In this document: positions 37,332-42,601 of the stretch, in pieces
Numbering within the stretch: the stretch's first letter is position 1
How the letters are laid out: each line of letters begins with the position of its first letter
From: an uncultured virus (IMG/VR IMGVR_UViG_3300032255_000005)
Reading direction: 5' to 3' (one strand)
Length of the DNA: 42,601 bases
Virus record (IMG/VR): IMGVR_UViG_3300032255_000005
Location: 1-42,601 of that record
Program-made: the position numbers and the translations under genes
Notes under the pieces: generated by a model
Told to the model about the DNA's origin: nothing
What the model saw: the letters and a program-made list of their open reading frames with translations, nothing else
Databases searched by the model: none

Positions 37332-37390
37332 CCGTTAAGTTAAAGGGTTGCGCCGCTTTTGCGCAATCCATTTTAAACGCCTTGTTATGC
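37326..37390 (-). repeat. attC: attC site (cassette 3)
   Basis: Minus: GCATAAC-AAGGC-GTTTAAAA-TGGATTGCGC...GCGCAACC-CTTTAAC-TTAACG-GTTATAA. Confidence 0.92.
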
Positions 37391-37408
37391 AAGGCATGGA
37401 GATAAAGA

Positions 37409-37723
37409 ATGACAGGCGACGAAATTAAAAAAGAAACCATGTGTATGGGCAACCTCAGCGACATTGAAGTGGCCAGCAAAGTTAGAATGTTAATGCGCAC
37501 AGATTTAGATCATGAGCCTGTTTGTCTGGCTGGCCGCGACCGGATTATGTATTTAAGTCAGCAACTAGAAAAGTGGCAACGCCTAGCTAAAGAACGCGGC
37601 GAGTTTATTATTAATGGAGAAGATTTAGGATACATAACAACGCCAAATTCTGAGAATGATAAGGCATACCATATTTTCCTTCGTTGCCAGTTGCTTGATG
37701 AACGTGCAGCACAAGAGGCATAA
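37409..37723 (+). CDS. Cassette 3 ORF, hypothetical
   Basis: GGAG RBS; stop codon inside GCATAAC. Confidence 0.82.
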   Translation: MTGDEIKKETMCMGNLSDIEVASKVRMLMRTDLDHEPVCLAGRDRIMYLSQQLEKWQRLAKERGEFIINGEDLGYITTPNSENDKAYHIFLRCQLLDERAAQEA

Positions 37724-37805
37724 CGACCAAGTAAGCGGATTTTAAAAGCAAGTGAAACGCCGCTTTTAAAAGTCCGAGCGTAGCGGCTTAACTGCCTTGT
37801 TATAT
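37718..37805 (-). repeat. attC: attC site (cassette 2)
   Basis: Minus: ATATAAC-AAGGC-AGTTAAGC...GGACTTTTAAAAGC...GCTTTTAAAATCC-GCTTACT-TGGTC-GTTATGC. Confidence 0.88.
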
Positions 37806-37828
37806 TTTTTATTAATTATAGGTGACTT

Positions 37829-38011
37829 ATGAGTAGTGATGAGCCAGAAACACCGCAATATGTAATTAACGAATGGTTGAAGCAGTGTACTTGCTGCCCT
37901 GAATGCGGACAGATGCGCCCATGTAACGGCGTGATGGCTGGGGGTATGTGTGACAGCGCATGTGATTGTGATGATGACGACCCTGATTACATGTTCAACG
38001 AGATACTTTGA
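37829..38011 (+). CDS. Cassette 2 ORF, small Cys-rich protein
   Basis: CTCCPEC...C...C...CDC; AGGTG RBS. Confidence 0.8.
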   Translation: MSSDEPETPQYVINEWLKQCTCCPECGQMRPCNGVMAGGMCDSACDCDDDDPDYMFNEIL

Positions 38012-38012
38012 A

Positions 38013-38085
38013 ATATAACGGCGCTGCTCAGTTGTTGCGACTGAGCGTAGCGAAAGAGCAATCAACCTGGAGAGAATTGTTATGT
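38013..38085 (-). repeat. attC: attC site (cassette 1)
   Basis: Minus: ACATAAC-AATTC-TCTCCAGG-TTGATTGC...GCAACAA-CTGAGC-AGCGCC-GTTATAT. Confidence 0.88.
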
Positions 38086-38342
38086 GTAATTGCAGAACGA
38101 TGAGAAGAACTTGGGAGGAAACACAAAACGGAAGGTTTGCACCAAGCAACCATGCTCCCGCTTGCGAGGATTATGAAACTAAAAGATACATTTGCCTGTT
38201 CGATGATGACGGCAGAAGTTTTATTGATACCGTTGAAAACCAATATTCTTTTATGTCGCACGATGATGGTAATTGGCGGCAATCGGATATTTATATAACA
38301 GAAGATCAATTTAATAAGCTGCAAGAGTACGTAGGCTTGTAA
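38082..38342 (+). CDS. Cassette 1 ORF, hypothetical
   Basis: ATG overlaps the attC core (gttATGt); GGAG RBS lies inside the attC arm. Confidence 0.8.
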   Translation: MCNCRTMRRTWEETQNGRFAPSNHAPACEDYETKRYICLFDDDGRSFIDTVENQYSFMSHDDGNWRQSDIYITEDQFNKLQEYVGL

Positions 38343-38343
38343 C

Positions 38344-38394
38344 ACATAACAGGTATTAGAAAGCCGCTTGGCTTCCTATCACAGCAGGATAAAA
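38344..38394 (-). other. attI: Putative attI site (core GTTATGT at 38344-38350)
   Basis: Lone GTT core with no attC palindrome, complementary to the R'' of the nearest attC, directly 5' of intI on the opposite strand. Confidence 0.75.
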
Positions 38395-39360
38395 ATGATG
38401 AATGGTAAACAACTCATTGAAAAGATACATGAAGCTTGTCGTATTCGGCATTTATCCCGCCGTACAGAGGAAGCCTATATTTATTGGATTCAAGATTATG
38501 CGCGTTTCTGTATTCAAAATCCATGGCCGGAAACTGAAGATAAAATTAATGCATTCCTTTCTCGCTTAGCGACAAAAAGAAACGTTGCTGCAGCAACTCA
38601 AAATGTTGCGCTCAACGCTGTTGTATTTTTATATCGCGATGTAAAAAAAGAACCTTTGGGTGACTTCTCTCAGTTCAAGCGAGCTAAAAAACCACATCGT
38701 TTACCTGTCGTGCTTTCAAAAAATGAAACGTCAATCTTACTATCGCACACCAAAGGTACTCATTGGTTAATTGCGAGCATATTATATGGATCTGGCTTAA
38801 GGCTAATGGAAGTTTTACGCTTAAGAATTAAAGATATTGATTTTGAAAGACAAACAATTACTGTCCGCGCAGGCAAAGGTGATAAAGATCGTGCAGTAAT
38901 GTTGCCGTCATCATTAACTGAACCTTTGCAACAACAAATAGAGCTGGCAAAAAGAAACCATAACAATGACTTAGCCAGTGGCTATGGTTCGGTTTATCTG
39001 CCTGACGCACTTGCAAAAAAATATAAAAATGCACCTTATGAGTTTAAATGGCAGTTTTTATTTCAAGCAAGTCGCGTAGGTCCAGTTCCAGAAACAGGAG
39101 AAGTTCGCCGACACCACATACACCACACAGCGGTTCAAAAAGCCATACGGCATGCAGTCGTAACATCTGGCATAGATAAAAAAATATCATGTCACACATT
39201 ACGACACAGCTTCGCAACTCACTTATTAGAGAGCGGCACAGATATACGGACAATACAACAACTGCTCGGACACAAAGATTTAAGTACAACGATGATTTAT
39301 ACCCACGTGGCAATTACCGGCGCATGCGGCGTTATTAGCCCTTTAGAGGCTTTAGCATGA
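38368..39360 (+). CDS. intI: Integron integrase; likely start 38395
   Basis: TEEAYIYWI, VAAATQNVALNAVVFLY, LPVVLS, YGSGLRLME, GKGDKDR, the IntI-specific insertion VYLPDALAKKY...WQFLF...RRHH, HTLRHSFATHLL, LLGH, TMIYTHV. Confidence 0.96.
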   Translation: MASYHSRIKMMNGKQLIEKIHEACRIRHLSRRTEEAYIYWIQDYARFCIQNPWPETEDKINAFLSRLATKRNVAAATQNVALNAVVFLYRDVKKEPLGDFSQFKRAKKPHRLPVVLSKNETSILLSHTKGTHWLIASILYGSGLRLMEVLRLRIKDIDFERQTITVRAGKGDKDRAVMLPSSLTEPLQQQIELAKRNHNNDLASGYGSVYLPDALAKKYKNAPYEFKWQFLFQASRVGPVPETGEVRRHHIHHTAVQKAIRHAVVTSGIDKKISCHTLRHSFATHLLESGTDIRTIQQLLGHKDLSTTMIYTHVAITGACGVISPLEALA

Positions 39361-39395
39361 GAAAAAGCTTCATAAGAGTAGGCGCACCGATATAA

Positions 39396-39551
39396 ATGAT
39401 GAAAAAAATAAATATTGCTTTTGTCGTTTTTGTCTTGTGGACATTATTCCCAGTAATCGCTTTATGGCTAATGCTAACGCACCCAGGCAAGTGCGCTTTA
39501 ATCTGGAAAAAAGAACTTGAAAATTCATGGTGGTCTAAAGATGAAAAGTAA
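39396..39551 (+). CDS. Small membrane protein (51 aa)
   Basis: MMKKINIAFVVFVLWTLFPVIALWLML...; overlaps the methylase start; below the ORF-track cutoff. Confidence 0.45.
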   Translation: MMKKINIAFVVFVLWTLFPVIALWLMLTHPGKCALIWKKELENSWWSKDEK

Positions 39552-41034
39552 AGATGTAAAACCATTCAGCTGGAAAAGATCACCACAATTACGGTTATCA
39601 CTCGAAGACGAAATCAATATAGACAATTTCGCCGGTGGTGGTGGCGCAAGCATGGGGTTTGAAATAGCAACAGGGCATTCGATTGATGTCGCAATCAATC
39701 ACGACCCAGAAGCCATTGCAATGCACGAAGCAAACCATCCAACAACAAAACATTATATGTCAGACGTTTTTGAGGTTGACCCTATCGAAGTATGCAAAGG
39801 CAAACCCGTTGGCCTTGCCTGGTTTAGCCCAGACTGCAAACACTTTTCCAAAGCAAAAGGCGGTAAACCGGTAGATAAAAAAGTAAGAGGCTTGGCCAGA
39901 GTCGCAATAAAATGGGCAGAACTTGTAAAGCCCAGAATCATTTTTTTAGAAAACGTCGAAGAGTTTCAAGACTGGGGTCCACTGCTTGAAAATAATAAAC
40001 CCTGCCCCATTCGCAAAGGATTATCGTTTCGACGCTTTGTACGCGACTTTGAAAAACTAGGCTACCAGGTTGAATGGCGCGAACTACGCGCATGCGATTA
40101 TGGCGCCCCAACAATACGCAAAAGATTATTCTTAATTGCTCGATGTGACGGACAACCCATCACATGGCCAGAAGCCACACACGGAAAAGAAAAAGGCCTA
40201 AAGCCCTACAACACCGCAGCGGACTGCATTGATTGGACTACTCCAATTCACTCAATATTTTTAACTAAAGAAGACGTTAAAAATAAAAAACTTAAAATAA
40301 AAAGACCGCTTGCAGAAAAAACATTAACAAGAATAGCAAAAGGTATGCAGCGTTACGTGATCAACTCAGATAAACCTTTTATCGTTCCATCATTCATTAC
40401 CGAACACGCAAACGGCTCAAACCAACGCAACATGCCTACAGATGAACCGCTCAGAACAATTTGCGCGCAAGTAAAAGGGGGCCACTTTGCCTTAGTATCC
40501 GCTTTTCTCGCAAAACATTACAGCGGCGTAGTCGGTCATGGTGTAAAACAGCCAATAGGAACCATTACATCAATAGATCATCATTCACTGGTAAGCAGTC
40601 ACTTGCTACAACTAAGAAATAACCAGTTCGGGCAAGACGTAAACAAACCCATTCCAACATTAACCGCCGGCGGTACCCATATTGGTGAAATACGCGCATT
40701 CTTAGTTAAGTATTACGGAACAGATCAAGACCCACGACTTAGTGAGCCAATGCACACAGTCACATCCAGAGATCGTTTCGGCTTAGTAACAGTCGAAGGC
40801 CAAGATTATCAAATTGCCGATATTGGGATGAGGATGTTAGCGCCACGCGAACTTTATCGCGCTCAAGGCTTTCCAGACGAATACATTATTAACCCAACAT
40901 ACAACGGCAAACCCTTAACAAAAGTCGCTCAAGTACGAATGTGCGGCAACAGCGTTAGCCCAGTTGTCGCCGCAGCCCTTATTAAAGCGAACCTAGTCAA
41001 CGCCAATAATGTTATTAGACGAGCGGAGTGTTGA
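39517..41034 (+). CDS. DNA (cytosine-5)-methyltransferase, orphan; start likely 39541
   Basis: FAGGGG, SPDCKHFS, LENVEEF, YGAPTIRKRLF, RAQGFP, CGNSV. Confidence 0.95.
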   Translation: MKIHGGLKMKSKDVKPFSWKRSPQLRLSLEDEINIDNFAGGGGASMGFEIATGHSIDVAINHDPEAIAMHEANHPTTKHYMSDVFEVDPIEVCKGKPVGLAWFSPDCKHFSKAKGGKPVDKKVRGLARVAIKWAELVKPRIIFLENVEEFQDWGPLLENNKPCPIRKGLSFRRFVRDFEKLGYQVEWRELRACDYGAPTIRKRLFLIARCDGQPITWPEATHGKEKGLKPYNTAADCIDWTTPIHSIFLTKEDVKNKKLKIKRPLAEKTLTRIAKGMQRYVINSDKPFIVPSFITEHANGSNQRNMPTDEPLRTICAQVKGGHFALVSAFLAKHYSGVVGHGVKQPIGTITSIDHHSLVSSHLLQLRNNQFGQDVNKPIPTLTAGGTHIGEIRAFLVKYYGTDQDPRLSEPMHTVTSRDRFGLVTVEGQDYQIADIGMRMLAPRELYRAQGFPDEYIINPTYNGKPLTKVAQVRMCGNSVSPVVAAALIKANLVNANNVIRRAEC

Positions 41035-41266
41035 AATAGCGCCAATGCAAAAACTCAACCTAACATTAGCCGAAATAAAGGATATTACCGGTAAAACTCA
41101 TCGCCAAAAACAAGCGTTAGTGTTGGCCGCAATGAGCATTCCCTTTAAAATACGCCCAGATGGGACTATCCTTGTTAGCAGAGAAGCATACAACACATCG
41201 ATGGGCTGTAATCACGACCAACCAGAAAAAGTGATTGAGCCAGACTTTGGGATGATGGCAAACTAA
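41009..41266 (+). CDS. Excisionase-like protein (DUF4224-type)
   Basis: LTLAEIKDITG...QALVL..MSIPFKIRPDG; directly before the integrase. Confidence 0.8.
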   Translation: MLLDERSVEIAPMQKLNLTLAEIKDITGKTHRQKQALVLAAMSIPFKIRPDGTILVSREAYNTSMGCNHDQPEKVIEPDFGMMAN

Positions 41267-42342
41267 TGGCACCTAAAAACCGCAACAAAGAAAACAAGCC
41301 GTTACCAGAACGCTGGAGATACCGCTACGGTGCTTATTATTATCGTGTTCCACCAGGATTAGAATCTGAATGGGACAATAAAAAAGAATTTAAGCTTGGT
41401 CGAACTATATCCGAAGCCTACAAAGAATGGTCAAAACGCATTCAGCAAAACGCCGAAGATGTGCATACAATGCAGCAAGCCTTCGATCGCTATTGTTTAG
41501 AAGTTATCCCAAACAAAGCGCACAACACCCAACAATCAAATTTAATTAGCATAAAAAAATTACGTCCCGTTTTTGCAAACATAGAACCCGATAAAATATT
41601 ACCCAAGTACGCTTATAAATATTACGATATAGCCGCGAAAACACGCGGTAAAACCGCCGCAAAGCACGACATACAAGTGCTGCGCCACACACTAACCATG
41701 TGCGTTAAATGGGGCGTGATAGACGTCAATCCACTTATGGGGCAGATCCGACTAGAAGGCTCAGCCTCACGCAAACGATTAGTCGAAGACTGGGAAATAC
41801 ATGAATGCTTAAACTTAAAACCGAAAATAACATCTAAAGCGGTTAACTTAATAAAACTCTACATTGAACTAAAACTAATGACAGGTTTTAGCAGAATAGA
41901 TTTATTAAAATTAAAGTTAAGTGACTTAAAAGAAGACGGCATTCATAGCCAGCGACAAAAAACAAAAAATACTACGGGCAAGCGGTTAATCATTACCTGG
42001 ACAAATGAACTCAAAGAATTAACCGATGAAATTTTAAAGCTGCCTCCACGCCGCGTAGGAAACACTTATCTATTCGTTACCCGGCAAGGCAAGCCCTACT
42101 TCAATGAAAAAACAATGAAGTGCAATGCATTTGATTCAATCTGGCAGCGCTACATGGACAGAGTGATCGAACTAACCAAAGTAACAGAACGTTTCCACGA
42201 ACACGATCTCAGAGCCAAAGTTGCAAGCGACAGCGCAACACTAAGCGAAGCCAGCGAACGTTTAGGTCACGCCTCAACCGAAACGACCCAGCGATTCTAC
42301 CGAAGAAAACCAACCGAAATAACACCACTAAAAAGAAAATAG
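41266..42342 (+). CDS. int: Prophage tyrosine integrase
   Basis: TGFSRIDL, QKT, FHEHDLRAK, LGH, RFYRRK; adjacent to att/tRNA. Confidence 0.93.
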   Translation: MAPKNRNKENKPLPERWRYRYGAYYYRVPPGLESEWDNKKEFKLGRTISEAYKEWSKRIQQNAEDVHTMQQAFDRYCLEVIPNKAHNTQQSNLISIKKLRPVFANIEPDKILPKYAYKYYDIAAKTRGKTAAKHDIQVLRHTLTMCVKWGVIDVNPLMGQIRLEGSASRKRLVEDWEIHECLNLKPKITSKAVNLIKLYIELKLMTGFSRIDLLKLKLSDLKEDGIHSQRQKTKNTTGKRLIITWTNELKELTDEILKLPPRRVGNTYLFVTRQGKPYFNEKTMKCNAFDSIWQRYMDRVIELTKVTERFHEHDLRAKVASDSATLSEASERLGHASTETTQRFYRRKPTEITPLKRK

Positions 42343-42360
42343 TTAGAATATTTTAGAAAT

Positions 42361-42391
42361 CTATGGGGGGATACCCCTTCTATGGGGGGAT
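42361..42391. promoter_or_regulatory. Putative integrase arm-binding direct repeats
   Basis: CTATGGGGGGAT at 42361 and 42380. Confidence 0.65.
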
Positions 42392-42395
42392 GCAT

Positions 42396-42429
42396 AAAAA
42401 AAGCAGTTATGAGAGACTCATAACTGCTT
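42396..42429 (-). terminator. Terminator downstream of tRNA-Arg (prophage-supplied)
   Basis: Minus strand AAGCAGTTATGAG-TCT-CTCATAACTGCTTTTTTT. Confidence 0.8.
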
Positions 42430-42445
42430 GATTTAATTGCTTATT

Positions 42446-42522
42446 TGGTGCGCCTGGCACGATTCGAACGTGCGGCCGCTCGGTTCGTAGCCGAGTACTC
42501 TATCCAGCTGAGCTACAGGCGC
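42446..42522 (-). tRNA. tRNA-Arg (anticodon ACG)
   Basis: GCGCCTG acceptor, TAGCTCAGCTGGATAGAG D-arm, CTCGG-CTACGAA-CCGAG anticodon arm, GTTCGAATC, CCA end; 77 nt. Confidence 0.97.
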
Positions 42523-42537
42523 TCTTCAAGGTTGCGC

Positions 42538-42566
42538 ACTATACATGGATACCAAATAAATTCCAA
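42538..42566 (-). promoter_or_regulatory. tRNA promoter
   Basis: TTGGAA-N17-TATAGT followed by a GC-rich discriminator GCGC. Confidence 0.6.
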
Positions 42567-42601
42567 TGCTTTTGTACGCCATTTTTCTTTAATTTAAATG
42601 G

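Larger units (their letters stand above)
36369..39360. mobile_element. Complete prophage-borne integron (intI, attI, 6 cassettes)
   Basis: IntI signature protein, six attC sites and a chain of complementary R'/R'' cores. Confidence 0.92.
5375..42490. mobile_element. ~37-kb lambdoid (siphovirus, cos-type) prophage integrated in tRNA-Arg
   Basis: att repeats plus complete integration, immunity, replication, Q, packaging, head, tail and lysis modules. Confidence 0.95.

Noticed and set aside
36518-38345. Minus-strand ORFs 36518-36742, 37309-37500, 37766-38149 and 38028-38345 as the real cassette genes
   Set aside because: Most cross attC boundaries and they lack convincing RBSs, whereas the plus-strand ORFs fit each cassette exactly and have RBSs.
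36369-38350. Regularly spaced repeats read as a CRISPR array or as simple terminators
   Set aside because: Repeats are 61-88 bp imperfect palindromes with attC boxes, the spacers are whole ORFs, there are no cas genes and no consistent U-tracts.
38351-38394. LexA box or Pint promoter upstream of intI
   Set aside because: ACAG is present but there is no matching CTGT half-site at the required spacing, and no convincing -35/-10 pair.
39517-41034. Restriction-modification system
   Set aside because: No adjacent endonuclease; orphan C5 methylases are common in temperate phages.

Overview
The window holds two mobile elements integrated in tandem at the 3' end of a tRNA-Arg(ACG) gene (42446-42522, minus strand), with 45-bp att copies at 81-125 and 5375-5419. 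The first is a ~5.3-kb integrative element: tyrosine integrase, HTH excisionase, Rep_trans-type rolling-circle initiator and two cargo genes, one HEPN-like. The second is an apparently complete ~37-kb lambdoid siphovirus prophage. Its most striking feature is a complete integron inside the early (PL-like) operon: a bona fide IntI gene (38368-39360), an attI core about 45 bp upstream of it, and six attC-bounded cassettes (36369-38350) with perfectly complementary R'/R'' cores. Every cassette ORF is inverted relative to its attC, so the cassettes and intI appear to be read from the repressor-controlled phage promoter instead of Pc/Pint. A seventh, orphan cassette-like unit lies in the opposite early operon (30813-31141). 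Other points of note are an Mtd-like receptor-binding protein with no DGR machinery in the window, an HTH-PAS plus receiver-domain moron, a BRCT gene at the rex position, inverted paralogous small genes, and a one-base tRNA variant probably supplied by attP. All calls come from reading the sequence; no database searches were run.
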